Shown: positions 37,731-47,996 of the stretch, one piece after another | How the letters are laid out: each line of letters starts with the position of its first letter | Numbering within the stretch: position 1 is the first letter of the stretch | IMG/VR virus record: IMGVR_UViG_3300020139_000001 | Location: 1 to 64,000 of that record | Strand: one strand, 5' to 3' | Origin: a virus | DNA: 64,000 nt | Position numbers and translations under genes: made by a program | The notes under the pieces: model-generated | What the model was told of the DNA's origin: nothing | Seen by the model: the letters and a program-made list of their open reading frames with translations, nothing else | Database searches by the model: none

Positions 37731-38880
37731 AAATGTCCTCCAGCACCTTTACTCCTACACTATACAGAAATAACATCTCTAGCCAATTGCTGGTAGCAGG
37801 AGTCTGTGTAGGTAGTTCACGCTGTGTGACCCATAACACATACATGTTGTGGATTTGCGCCAAAGGATGTGGATCTAAGAGTAGAGACCAATCCTGAGAC
37901 TGTTGTTGAAGAAGTATCTGATCCGCTAGTGCTGCTACTGAAGCAGAAGTATTAGGGTACAGAAGATCCCATATTGTAGTTCCTGTAGAAGAGTCCACAG
38001 TAATGTATATCCCTCTATTCCACCACCGAGCTAGCACGAACACATCAGGATTACTTAACACTGACTCCAATGGTCTAACATATTGTGATCCTAGACCTGT
38101 AAATGTACATAGTCCTGAAATCACAGACTGTGCTAATTGTGGAGGGTTAAGAGACTCATAGATTGGCCTTTGTGTAGTAAACCTAGAGGAAAATAGGACC
38201 TCACTGACATACAATACATCAAGTACAAAAGGAGGCCAGCAACTCGTGGTTCTATCCAAAAGCAATAGGAGTGTCTTCTCTAGAGTGGAGAGCATTTCTT
38301 GCATCCTCACCCATACAATACTGTCTTGGGGGGAGAGGAAAATGTTGAACCTGTCGATGTATACCTTAACTTCCTCCACTTTAGACTCAATTGTACTTAC
38401 AGGATTGTTGTCCACAATGAGTGTAACTTTGAATGCTTGTAATTGCTCCGTAAACGGATTGGGAGTGAGGAAGACTGCTGGCTCGACATTCATTACCTGA
38501 TAGAGCGAACTATCTGAGTACCTGTCCGAGAACACAGGAAATGTTAGGTGGTCATCTGGTTTGGGGATCACTCCAAACATTGAGAACATTGTGATTGTAC
38601 TCTGGTCACCTCCTAGTATCACACCTCGAGAGTCAAAAGAGGTTACAGAGTACGTCATTACATCGGAGTGAAATACAGGTACACCAATGTATTTTGTAAA
38701 CCTATTGGGTGAGAGTACGCCGGAAGGTGCAGTGTAACCTGAGCGAGAGGAAGCATCAAACACTACAGGACGATTCTGATAATAGTTTACAAAAATAGGA
38801 GGGACATATTTTGCAAAGTGTCCTAGCGTTACGGACAAGTATTCCTTGAAGTAGTTTGCATACCACTCGAAGTTTATCAT
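37717..38880 (-). CDS. Virion structural protein (possible neck/head-closure protein)
   Basis: Context, plus FVNYYQ, IPKPDDHLTF and YQVMNVE. Confidence 0.4.
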   Translation of the reverse strand: MINFEWYANYFKEYLSVTLGHFAKYVPPIFVNYYQNRPVVFDASSRSGYTAPSGVLSPNRFTKYIGVPVFHSDVMTYSVTSFDSRGVILGGDQSTITMFSMFGVIPKPDDHLTFPVFSDRYSDSSLYQVMNVEPAVFLTPNPFTEQLQAFKVTLIVDNNPVSTIESKVEEVKVYIDRFNIFLSPQDSIVWVRMQEMLSTLEKTLLLLLDRTTSCWPPFVLDVLYVSEVLFSSRFTTQRPIYESLNPPQLAQSVISGLCTFTGLGSQYVRPLESVLSNPDVFVLARWWNRGIYITVDSSTGTTIWDLLYPNTSASVAALADQILLQQQSQDWSLLLDPHPLAQIHNMYVLWVTQRELPTQTPATSNWLEMLFLYSVGVKVLEDIYGSL

Positions 38881-39272
38881 GAGCGTACTCTTACGTCGAC
38901 AGGCAGTACATACGTCTTATCCTCAATCGTGAGGTGTACATTTATCAACAGAGTCTTCTTCTCTGGATCACTATGTGTTTGTACTTTTGTAACACGTACC
39001 CCACTAATCTCAGCATTCAAATCGGTCACCAATTCGGAGGTTAACTGGGCTGGAAGAGCTTCCTCATAAGGAGCAAACAAATAGTTTAACACAGTGGAGC
39101 CAAGCTCTCTCGCTTTAAAGATGGTACCCTTGGGCGTATTGATAAAAACACCGATCTCATTCTGAATGCGTGTCTTACCTAGTACTAGTGTGTTGAGATT
39201 CTCTGGATCCCAATCTAGGTGTACATCCGAAGTATGCAAACTAGATACTTCTTTAGCAAAGAACAGACTCAT
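38877..39272 (-). CDS. Baseplate gp25-like protein
   Basis: INTPKGT..RELGS..YLFAP pattern; 131 aa. Confidence 0.8.
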   Translation of the reverse strand: MSLFFAKEVSSLHTSDVHLDWDPENLNTLVLGKTRIQNEIGVFINTPKGTIFKARELGSTVLNYLFAPYEEALPAQLTSELVTDLNAEISGVRVTKVQTHSDPEKKTLLINVHLTIEDKTYVLPVDVRVRS

Positions 39273-39475
39273 TTCAGATCTCCAAAATAAGATTTCAACA
39301 GGTTTAAAGCACCTTTCTGCTTCAGGTCAATCTTGCGTCTTAGGAGCCCACCCTTCTTCGTAAAGGACTGTACCAACCAATAGGGTACCAATTGAGACTT
39401 CACCAAACCAACCTCCTCTTCTAGTTTGTTAAGTGACTCAAGCAGCGAGTACGCAGCAAGTGGTGTCAATTCCAA
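39269..39475 (-). CDS. Small ORF, probably reached by frameshift from the upstream gp26-like gene
   Basis: TTG start lacks an SD, and the frame stays open back into the 3' end of 39540-40334. Confidence 0.5.
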   Translation of the reverse strand: MELTPLAAYSLLESLNKLEEEVGLVKSQLVPYWLVQSFTKKGGLLRRKIDLKQKGALNLLKSYFGDLK

Positions 39476-39539
39476 TGCTATTAGACCAGCGTCAAAGAAA
39501 TACTGTAACGCAGCTAGTACACTCGTATCCGGTTTCTCG

Positions 39540-40334
39540 CTATACCAAACGCTCCAACAGATAGAGAAAAAAGTTAAGCACTTCTGAATGTTCCTCTCCG
39601 CACTCAGGACAAGGATACTTGACTTGGAAGCTTACTTGTGGTGGTTCCTTCGGATCCAGAGCAGAAATTGTAGACACAGGTGCTTGTCCCAACACCTCTT
39701 GTAATCTCATGAACCATTCTCTGAGTTTTCCTACAGGAGCAGTACAAGGTGGACGCTTGAAAGTTCCCATTTCTGAGGATATCTGAATCACCGTTGGAAC
39801 CTTTAATGAGAATAACGAGAGCTCATCTCTAGACATGTTAGTAAGATCGAGAGACAGTCCTGTAGTAGCGTAGATGCATAATTGGTCTTCCAACGTGCGA
39901 TAAGGCCTGAATGTAATGGTGAAGATACGCGAACCTATTGCTAGTTCCAAATCTTGCTTCTGCGTAAGATCCACCGGTGTGTCCTTATCAAAAGATACCA
40001 ACAGTTGAGTGTCTAAGTTGACCTTTAGGTTGAAAGATTTCTGCTTATTGGGACAAGTGAGAGGCAACTGCAGTTCCGGTCCAAAGGTGTCCCTATAAAG
40101 TGCAAACACCAAGGCATGTAGATCTTGATCGCTTATGGTACTAACCCACTCCTCGAACGTTAGAGACACAGTTATCGATTGATGTATAAGTTTTGCTAAC
40201 TTTGTGAGGACTACATAGAGATTGGTGTGTTCTAAAAACACACTGCTCTGTAACTCTACAAGCTGCCGTAGAGTTAGTCCTCTTACCTCGACTCTTTCGT
40301 GAGAGGACGGCAACAAAGATTCATACATAGACAC
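39540..40334 (-). CDS. Baseplate hub assembly / tail chaperone protein (gp26-like)
   Basis: LLPSS..VEVRGLT, D...L..ALY..TFG, TCP and C-terminal CPECG...NFF. Confidence 0.7.
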   Translation of the reverse strand: MSMYESLLPSSHERVEVRGLTLRQLVELQSSVFLEHTNLYVVLTKLAKLIHQSITVSLTFEEWVSTISDQDLHALVFALYRDTFGPELQLPLTCPNKQKSFNLKVNLDTQLLVSFDKDTPVDLTQKQDLELAIGSRIFTITFRPYRTLEDQLCIYATTGLSLDLTNMSRDELSLFSLKVPTVIQISSEMGTFKRPPCTAPVGKLREWFMRLQEVLGQAPVSTISALDPKEPPQVSFQVKYPCPECGEEHSEVLNFFLYLLERLV

Positions 40335-40386
40335 CTCCTATAATGGAGACCGATACACAAAATTGACTCTCAGCTCGAGAAGTCTC

Positions 40387-40557
40387 TTACTTAGACTGTA
40401 CTTTTGTTCGAAGTATTTCTACTTGTCTTTGTAACGAAGACAGTCTCCTTTGTCTGCACTTCTCATATTTCTTTACAGTACTCTCTTCTTCACCACAATC
40501 AAGACACCTATCGTCATAAGGATTCCAAATAGAAGGACAATTGCTGGTTCGTTTCAT
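40387..40557 (-). CDS. Small Cys-containing hypothetical protein
   Basis: SD AGGAGG before MKRTSNC. Confidence 0.5.
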   Translation of the reverse strand: MKRTSNCPSIWNPYDDRCLDCGEEESTVKKYEKCRQRRLSSLQRQVEILRTKVQSK

Positions 40558-40567
40558 ACTACACCTC

Positions 40568-40945
40568 CTAAGTTGTTTCACTAGCACTCAATTTATTTAC
40601 GAACTCAACCATAGGGGAGTTCACACTTATGAACTGTCCACTTACCTCATCTTTGTAAAAAATCTCACCCAAATACCTTCCGTAAACATCTGTCTTGTAA
40701 GATTTGACTACCAACGCAGATCTATGTGACAATAGGCACTCTTCAAGATAGGTTTTACACTTTAAACCTGCAAGTTTCTCTTGCTCGCTAACAGGACGAT
40801 AGATCTCGGGAGTGTTTACTCCTAGTAACCTAAACCGTTGGTTAACACAAACACGAAAGCCTAGATCTACTAACAAGTCGACCGTATCTCCGTCTACAAC
40901 TTTCGTAACATCCAAAACCCTATACACATAGCTTACTTCCACCAC
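40568..40945 (-). CDS. Thermonuclease (SNase-like) family protein
   Basis: KVVDGDTVDLLVDLGF, RLLGVNTPE and DVYGRYLG. Confidence 0.88.
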   Translation of the reverse strand: MVEVSYVYRVLDVTKVVDGDTVDLLVDLGFRVCVNQRFRLLGVNTPEIYRPVSEQEKLAGLKCKTYLEECLLSHRSALVVKSYKTDVYGRYLGEIFYKDEVSGQFISVNSPMVEFVNKLSASETT

Positions 40946-41087
40946 TTCCTCCCAATTGTACTAATAACGTCTGAATAACACCCCACTGGAACCGAATTTG
41001 CATTTTATCTATTCGATAAAATCGAATAGATCACACACCGCGGGAAGGAACCTTTATATTGGCACTTTTGTAAAATTGTAAAACTAT

Positions 41088-41798
41088 CTAGAAGTCTACT
41101 ACCTGTTTACCGTTTGCCACGCACCAACATTCGTCTCTCAGTGGATTTCCATTTATATCGGTTACAGGTATATGTGCAGATAGGTAGATCTTTATGTACT
41201 CCCCCAAACTACTCCTCAGAATAAAGGGGGAGCCAGCTAGAGTATCGGGATCTGCATACTTAAACATTATTTCTATCATCTTATCATCACTTACGTCTGG
41301 AATCACATCTATTGGGATCTCCATAGGTATATTTGTCTTCTTTACTAGTTCTCTCAACGAATTGTACTCAAGTTTTATGCGGGGTGTGGTAGGTGGGTTT
41401 ATTCCATCTACGCTCAAGTATACTTCAAACACTAGTCTATTGTCAGCTGTTAGTTTCAGGTTTTTGGGAAAACGTACAAGTAAGTAGCTTATGATGAATT
41501 TCATACCTGGGGAGGGAGCTATGAGGAAAGTACTATCGTTTGGTCCGTTTACCCAAGAATTTCTATCTCCAAAGTTGTGGGTTACTATTCTTTTATCGTA
41601 AAGTTTTATGGGCGTATTGACAAATGGTCGGACAGCTTGCCATTTCTTGTCGTACATATCGACTTCAGACTCAAAAACTATACCTTCGCTCGCTTGTACA
41701 TATAACCTAACCACTCTACCTGCATCTGCAAACAACTCAAGGTTCTTCTGCCTTCTATATTCCAATAGAGTGTCAATATCCACTTTAATATATCTCAT
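41088..41798 (-). CDS. Hypothetical protein (beta-rich, likely virion-associated)
   Basis: Long ORF coupled to 41802-43154. Confidence 0.55.
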   Translation of the reverse strand: MRYIKVDIDTLLEYRRQKNLELFADAGRVVRLYVQASEGIVFESEVDMYDKKWQAVRPFVNTPIKLYDKRIVTHNFGDRNSWVNGPNDSTFLIAPSPGMKFIISYLLVRFPKNLKLTADNRLVFEVYLSVDGINPPTTPRIKLEYNSLRELVKKTNIPMEIPIDVIPDVSDDKMIEIMFKYADPDTLAGSPFILRSSLGEYIKIYLSAHIPVTDINGNPLRDECWCVANGKQVVDF

Positions 41799-41801
41799 TT
41801 A

Positions 41802-43154
41802 CTACCCCCATGGTTTATGTCCCTTGACCACCCATAAAGTCTCAATATTCACCTTCCTCACACTAGAACTACTACTGTCATCTAAGTACATGAAGTTTAA
41901 CTTTCCACTTTTAGGAACGTGAGCCAAAGCATTGCTCACGTCGAACTCAAACTCGATCTTGTTCCTATTGCTAACCTCTACATCAATCAACTTTGACAAC
42001 AAATTATCATTAGCACCAACAGACACAACCACAATTCTACTACTGCCAGGATCCTGGTCGAACACGCAAGACAACCTAAGTAGATAAGCGCTATCATTAC
42101 TACTTACTATAAAGAACATAGACCTGCCGGTACTAGTTAACACTCCAGTATCGTCTACACTATACAAAACACCCTCTTTGTATGTTCGTACATTACTACC
42201 ATGTATATAGCACTTTGCAGAGGTAATTTCTTCCACTCCTATACCGTAATAGTTACCTAGTCGTAGTCCACTCTTTCTTATCGGAACGATTCTATAGTCA
42301 AAGTCAACATTCAAATTGACGTCAACATAGTCCATCCCATTATCAAACACCATAGGAGGAGGGAGTACACTTATTGAGCTATAATCTCCACCAAAGTCAT
42401 ACATTCTTACTTTTACACTACCGCTACCCGCGAATGCAACCAAGTAGTCACACCACTCCTCATGTTTCGAGTTACCGTCTATACATCTAAACTGAATCTT
42501 AGTTATGGCGTTCAGATTCACTATGCCTATATTATCCATACTCGACAAAGCAATCCTTTTGATCTCCCACGTGTTCGTACTTGATGCAGAAAACATTGCT
42601 GATGCCCAATTAACACCATCTCCTATCCTGAATTCCCAAAGGCCGGTGTTATTAGCATCAGCAGTTGACCTCCAAGCAAATTCTGCATACTCATAATCTC
42701 CCCAATTCTCAGCCACCATTGTCTTTGTAATAGTATCTCCATTACTCTTTTTACCTGATACTTGAATTCTCAGGCTCTTATCACCATTATACTTAATGTC
42801 ATTATCTAACGAAATTGGGGTGTTGGTTGCATCCGATGTTACCCAACTACTTCTCAAGTTCTCATCATCAGTATACTCAAAATCGTCCTTTATGTAAGAA
42901 GTTCCAACTCCAGACAAGAATAGGTTCAAACAATTTATGTTATCACTGCTTGCTCTGAAAACCTGTACAAACCTACTTGGAGGACTTACTCCGTACTCCA
43001 ATACTCCGACGACAGAGTCGGAGTGTAACATGCTCTCCGTTACTCTGCTTACCTCGATCTTTGTACTAACTGTAGCACCACGATAGGGTACACTTATCGT
43101 GGTGCTACTGTAGAAGCTCTCAGTATTGGGGAAAGGATATAACATGTCGTTCAC
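41802..43154 (-). CDS. Virion protein with a carbohydrate-binding-module-like domain
   Basis: IKDDFEY...KYNGDKSLRI...NWGDY..AEFAW...WEIKRI...NLNAITKIQF resembles CBM jelly-roll domains. Confidence 0.5.
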   Translation of the reverse strand: MNDMLYPFPNTESFYSSTTISVPYRGATVSTKIEVSRVTESMLHSDSVVGVLEYGVSPPSRFVQVFRASSDNINCLNLFLSGVGTSYIKDDFEYTDDENLRSSWVTSDATNTPISLDNDIKYNGDKSLRIQVSGKKSNGDTITKTMVAENWGDYEYAEFAWRSTADANNTGLWEFRIGDGVNWASAMFSASSTNTWEIKRIALSSMDNIGIVNLNAITKIQFRCIDGNSKHEEWCDYLVAFAGSGSVKVRMYDFGGDYSSISVLPPPMVFDNGMDYVDVNLNVDFDYRIVPIRKSGLRLGNYYGIGVEEITSAKCYIHGSNVRTYKEGVLYSVDDTGVLTSTGRSMFFIVSSNDSAYLLRLSCVFDQDPGSSRIVVVSVGANDNLLSKLIDVEVSNRNKIEFEFDVSNALAHVPKSGKLNFMYLDDSSSSSVRKVNIETLWVVKGHKPWG

Positions 43155-43313
43155 ACCTAAAAGAATTTTCTTTGTACATCTAAGTGATTAGTCTGTCCAC
43201 CTTCTTCTAATTCTTAACAGAAAACTTATTAACTCCGTACAACAACGTGATCAGTCCAACAACACCAACAGGTACAAAACTCTCTCCTTCCATCCTCCCA
43301 AACTGTAACCTCA

Positions 43314-43622
43314 TCAATATTCTCCTCCTGTAAGACTCAGTCCAGTGTTGAGACTAGTAGTTAGTATAAAACTGTTGGTACTAGACTCGACTTTAATGTA
43401 GTTTATGTAGATGGGAGTTGTACTAAACCTATCCCATCTAAACTCGTTTTCGTTACAATCGAAGGTTTGACTCCAAACACCTTTTAGAGCTAAGGTTACG
43501 ATGAAGGGGGGAGTGCATTGAACGCTAACAAACAGACGCAGTTCTGACAAGTTATGGTCTACTCCTGTAGGTAACGACTCAACTCGGGGATACCAAATAA
43601 ACCAGCTAGGAAACGTAGACAT
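43314..43622 (-). CDS. Hypothetical protein
   Basis: SD GGAGGTG upstream. Confidence 0.5.
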   Translation of the reverse strand: MSTFPSWFIWYPRVESLPTGVDHNLSELRLFVSVQCTPPFIVTLALKGVWSQTFDCNENEFRWDRFSTTPIYINYIKVESSTNSFILTTSLNTGLSLTGGEY

Positions 43623-43626
43623 TACT

Positions 43627-43764
43627 TTACACCTCCACAGAATCGGTTGATGCTACCTTCCAACTGACTCTAAAGAATGGGTACTTACTACCAAGCCCCC
43701 TAAACTTACTTGCATGCATCTTTCTAGTAATGAAAACAGGTGGAGAACTCAGTTGTAGGTGCAT
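43627..43764 (-). CDS. Small hypothetical protein (45 aa)
   Basis: ATG at 43764 with SD GAGGAG, just downstream of a GTGAACAAAC motif. Confidence 0.4.
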   Translation of the reverse strand: MHLQLSSPPVFITRKMHASKFRGLGSKYPFFRVSWKVASTDSVEV

Positions 43765-43783
43765 ACGATTGGTGCTCCTCTTA

Positions 43784-43813
43784 GTTTGTTCACTGTTATT
43801 TCTCGAACAAAAA
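43784..43813. promoter_or_regulatory. Back-to-back divergent putative late promoters
   Basis: GTGAACAAAC on the minus strand (43793-43784) and CGAACAAAAA on the plus strand (43804-43813), at the strand switch. Confidence 0.55.
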
Positions 43814-43846
43814 ACTGATGTTACCAAGAAGCTACTGAGGTGAGAT

Positions 43847-44521
43847 ATGGCAAACGTTTTCAATAGTGTCCTACGGTCTCCTATCACAAAAGATGGAACT
43901 TATGAGTGGGATCCACTCATAAGTGGTTACTTCTTCTTCCAATTTGTAAGAGTACCCAGAGCATTGGAGGATCAAAGTGCTCTCTTCGTAAAGCAGTCGA
44001 TCGCTTTGTGTACAGCAATCACGCTACCGGATGTAAACATAGGTACTGTTGAGAGGATCGGTTTAGGTGGTGTCAAGACAGTAGTACCCACCGCATTGGA
44101 CCAAACGACCACCTTCGAATTCAGGTTCATTGAAGTAGTGAGAAGTGATGCTTCTCCACCACTAATACAATACTTCGCAATGTGGCATAACTCGATCAGA
44201 AACCACTTCGCTGGAGTAGCTGATGCGGAGAAAGCTGCAACAATGAACTCCTATAAAGCTACATCTGTCTTTATCGCTGTAGATCCTGCTGTGAGTACAC
44301 TCGCTTTTGGCGTCAAGCTCTTTGGAGTATGGCCTACCATACTACCATATAGCGGATACACTGCGGATGTGGCCACCAACGATGTTGTTGAGTTCACCCA
44401 AACACTCTCAGTAGATAGAGCAGTACAAGTAACACTAGAGGATCCGGACACAAATGCACTCTTCACGTACGTAAAAGCACAGATCGATCAGTATAGAGGA
44501 TCTGTACCGTTCACGAAGTAA
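43847..44521 (+). CDS. Tail tube protein (gp19-like)
   Basis: CTAITLPDV, FEFRFIE, W, KLFGVWPT and NDVVEFTQTLSVD. Confidence 0.75.
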   Translation: MANVFNSVLRSPITKDGTYEWDPLISGYFFFQFVRVPRALEDQSALFVKQSIALCTAITLPDVNIGTVERIGLGGVKTVVPTALDQTTTFEFRFIEVVRSDASPPLIQYFAMWHNSIRNHFAGVADAEKAATMNSYKATSVFIAVDPAVSTLAFGVKLFGVWPTILPYSGYTADVATNDVVEFTQTLSVDRAVQVTLEDPDTNALFTYVKAQIDQYRGSVPFTK

Positions 44522-44544
44522 AATACTCATACTAAGAGAGGACG

Positions 44545-46932
44545 ATGCTAACTAGATATGCGTCCACTTATCCTGAGATTTTGGATCTGGTTCGGAGGGA
44601 GTTGTCAAAACAATTAGGTATTGAAGTCTCCCCCGACAGAATCTCTTTTCTAGGAAACTATTTGCACATACTCTCGGTATTGACCGAGGATATACTCTTT
44701 TACGTGCAAATGCTCTCTAATGAATCCTTCCTGTCTAGAGCTCTCCTCACATCCTCTATTCTTGAACATGCAAAGAGCTTGGGATACTTGCCTAAGGCTG
44801 TAGTACCTGCACGAGGATCACTCACACTATACATAAACCTGACACATTTTGATAGGTTAAGTTTACGTCCTACCACCTTAAGATTTGTAGGCAAAGATCC
44901 ACTAGTAGTGTACACTAGTGATGGACAATTGTCACTGACGTTGAACATAGGTAGGGGCATTAGGAGTGCATCTCTTACAACAGATATTGGTACACAAGAA
45001 TGTACTTCTTTCTTCACTACAGTTACTACACCACAAAAGACATTCCCTGCTTGGGGTATAATAGTACCAGTAAAGCAAGCGATCACTCATACTATTACTT
45101 ATGTACTCTCAGAGGCAGACGTTGAGGGCACCAAAGTACCTACTATTGAGATACCTCTTCACAACTATTTCTCGTCCGAAGAAGTAGAAAGATACCAAAT
45201 TGGAGATGTAAGAGTATCTGTAGATGGAATAGCCTACACGCCATATGACAGTTTGTTTTCCATTCCTAGAGGAGCTACAGGTTGTGTCCTTTCGGTAGAG
45301 ACTACTCGAGTTCTTGTGTACTTAGGAAATGGCATATTTGGAAAGAAGGAGAAAGCTGGCTCCGTAGTAACGATCTCTATCTCTGCTTCTCTAGGTAGTA
45401 AAGGAGATGTACCTGCTAATGAGCTCACACTTGCCGAGCCACTGAGAGATAATTATACTGGAAGCGTACTCGATGTGTATGTTAGTCATAGTTCTATCGG
45501 TGGTGGACAAGATGGGGAGACTCCTAATGAAGTAAGAAACAACACAATCCGATCGCTTAGATCAAGAGATAGGTTAGTTACATTGAGTGACTTTCTGGAT
45601 GTGACAAGACTGGTAGCTGCCCCATGGTTAGATGTGCTACCCATAGTAAAACAGGCTGACATTAGTGTTAACGATACAAAACTTTACATAGTGCCTACTT
45701 TGGGGAACACACCATGTCTAGTGAACAGCATATCCAAGTCTTGGTCTCCTATTCCTAGTCCAAACACCATTCTAGTACCACAAGAATCCACCCTTGTGGA
45801 CACTAATGGTAACCAATGGATATCCCCCTTTGAAATAGTGCTAGTATCACCTATAACAGATTACTACAGCGTAGAGTATCGTTACACATCTGACTTACAA
45901 ATTTTGACACCTGTGATTAGATCACAAACACTGCATTCACAAGATAACATAACTTCTGCGAAAGTGGATACCATGCAGTGGAGTTTCACACCAAGTACAT
46001 CAACTCTGACCAATCAATTATCGTTAAGTGTGACTTCCTCGAGCCCCTTGGATACAAGTAATTTCCTAACTCATTTCAAAGTCATTAGCATAGTTAGGAA
46101 CACACTTACTTTGGAAGAGATAGTAACTAACACGTGGACAGTCGAATCTGTAACTCCCCAACAAGGTAAGTACCTTGTCGTATTGAAGACAACTCATAGT
46201 AGTGACATTTTCAACACTAACACCTATACACAAACAATTGACATCTCCGCTACTGTGAACTCTATTGAGGAGACTGTGTACAGAGGTTATGTGACCTCCT
46301 TCCGGCTGAAACAGAACCTTAGTGAATGTTTCACTACTAGCGTAGAGCAAAGTGGAAATACAATTACTCTGTACGAAGTGCCAGTAGTGGAAAAATCTTA
46401 CTTTAACGCAAATAAAAACGAAATTTACACCCAGATCATTCCTACTCTACTCTCTTACTTGGGTCAGATACAATCTCGGAGAATGCTGACTAATAAAGTG
46501 TCTCTTGCGTTTGCAAAGACTGTTGGACCTATCGTGAACCCCCTCTACAATTCAAGTGGGTCTAAGGTGTACTATACGGGATGTACAAACGTAGGAACGC
46601 TCCCACTAGTACTCGATGTTGATGTTGTTGTTGAGAGCGGAGTGGATCCAGATGAGGTAGTCAACCAAATAAGGGAAAAACTAACTACTTGGACAAACGA
46701 AGCTAGAGGCATACATAGGAATTACACTCCGGAAGAAGTATACGCTCTACTGAGAGACATACCACATGTACTCAAATTGAGAGTGAATTCTCCTTCTACT
46801 CCTATCATTTATGACTTCTCTCTCTCAACACTTCAACCACAAGATGTGAAAACTCTCGTACCAGAGTACATCTGGTTTGATCCCCAAGCCATAAAGATAA
46901 CCTTAGTGGATCAAATTGAAGTGCAATGCTGA
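44545..46932 (+). CDS. Baseplate wedge protein (gp6/J-like)
   Basis: NESFLSRA..SSILEHAKSLGYLP, YLGNGIFGK, GGQDGET and RLVTLSDF. Confidence 0.85.
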   Translation: MLTRYASTYPEILDLVRRELSKQLGIEVSPDRISFLGNYLHILSVLTEDILFYVQMLSNESFLSRALLTSSILEHAKSLGYLPKAVVPARGSLTLYINLTHFDRLSLRPTTLRFVGKDPLVVYTSDGQLSLTLNIGRGIRSASLTTDIGTQECTSFFTTVTTPQKTFPAWGIIVPVKQAITHTITYVLSEADVEGTKVPTIEIPLHNYFSSEEVERYQIGDVRVSVDGIAYTPYDSLFSIPRGATGCVLSVETTRVLVYLGNGIFGKKEKAGSVVTISISASLGSKGDVPANELTLAEPLRDNYTGSVLDVYVSHSSIGGGQDGETPNEVRNNTIRSLRSRDRLVTLSDFLDVTRLVAAPWLDVLPIVKQADISVNDTKLYIVPTLGNTPCLVNSISKSWSPIPSPNTILVPQESTLVDTNGNQWISPFEIVLVSPITDYYSVEYRYTSDLQILTPVIRSQTLHSQDNITSAKVDTMQWSFTPSTSTLTNQLSLSVTSSSPLDTSNFLTHFKVISIVRNTLTLEEIVTNTWTVESVTPQQGKYLVVLKTTHSSDIFNTNTYTQTIDISATVNSIEETVYRGYVTSFRLKQNLSECFTTSVEQSGNTITLYEVPVVEKSYFNANKNEIYTQIIPTLLSYLGQIQSRRMLTNKVSLAFAKTVGPIVNPLYNSSGSKVYYTGCTNVGTLPLVLDVDVVVESGVDPDEVVNQIREKLTTWTNEARGIHRNYTPEEVYALLRDIPHVLKLRVNSPSTPIIYDFSLSTLQPQDVKTLVPEYIWFDPQAIKITLVDQIEVQC

Positions 46933-47981
46933 TTGATGATTGCCAGTTATCACTTCTGAGACAATGTTATGCCTACAATATTGTGGGTGTATATGTTGAA
47001 GACTTCAAGAGCCCCTCTTGTGTAGGCTATTTTGAGAGCGTGGGAACATACACCGAAGGATTTGATGGGATCGAGAGTTTCGGATATGTTCCTGGAGATA
47101 CGCTAGCAGGCTCTCAATACTTCATCTACGAGCAAGCAAATAGAGCCTATATCTCAGTGAAGGATGTTACTTGGGGTCCTTCCGTAATGCTTACGGAAGG
47201 TGTACGTCCCAGAATTTCTACTTTTGAGGACAAACTTAGTGTCCTCGTTCGGAGTACAGACAATGTAATCGAACTGTTAATGTTACCCTCTGAGATAGCA
47301 TATAGTCCTCTAGGAGTACAGCTTTGGTCATGTACTACTGTAAGTTGTAAAAGTGCAGGAGTGTACCAAGGACACTGGACAAGTTGCACAGGATCTAAAG
47401 GAGACGTACGCAAACAGATTGATGGCAATTATGCCTCATTTAACTATGACGAACGTGGTGTCGTACCTGTAGTGACTATTAGTTGGGGTGCAGGTAAAGC
47501 TAGCGTTACTTGGAGTGACGTAACTGTCGATGGTTGGAATAGAACCTATCTCGTATATCTGAATGATGTGCTTGTGAGTGAACAGACTAGCACGAGTTGG
47601 CTCACCGATGAGGTCACAACCAATGACAAGATTTATGTGAGAGTGAAGATATGGAAGAGGTTCGATAGTTTCGGAGATGTAGTGCTAATTGGATGTGCAA
47701 GCAACGAGTTGATTTACGATGAAGTGAAGATAGCAAGGATGGATGCTTACTCTGTCGACTCCGAGACTAGTGGGGTCCCTACTTATGTAAACTTTCAGAT
47801 ATCGACCCCTTCCTCATCTGACTCAACGATGTCCACTTCAAGCAGTGTTATGAGTGAAGGTGTGCACTTTGTACACTTCTACACACGAGAGACATTCCAC
47901 TCAGAGAACAGCAATAGACATGATAGTTTTGTTAACAAAGATATAGATTATGTGAGTTTCTTTCCTTCGCAATTGATGTAA
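46926..47981 (+). CDS. Putative tail/baseplate-associated protein
   Basis: Beta-rich; lies between the gp6-like gene and the fibre gene. Confidence 0.5.
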   Translation: MLIDDCQLSLLRQCYAYNIVGVYVEDFKSPSCVGYFESVGTYTEGFDGIESFGYVPGDTLAGSQYFIYEQANRAYISVKDVTWGPSVMLTEGVRPRISTFEDKLSVLVRSTDNVIELLMLPSEIAYSPLGVQLWSCTTVSCKSAGVYQGHWTSCTGSKGDVRKQIDGNYASFNYDERGVVPVVTISWGAGKASVTWSDVTVDGWNRTYLVYLNDVLVSEQTSTSWLTDEVTTNDKIYVRVKIWKRFDSFGDVVLIGCASNELIYDEVKIARMDAYSVDSETSGVPTYVNFQISTPSSSDSTMSTSSSVMSEGVHFVHFYTRETFHSENSNRHDSFVNKDIDYVSFFPSQLM

Positions 47982-47996
47982 AGGAGGTGAAAGAGA

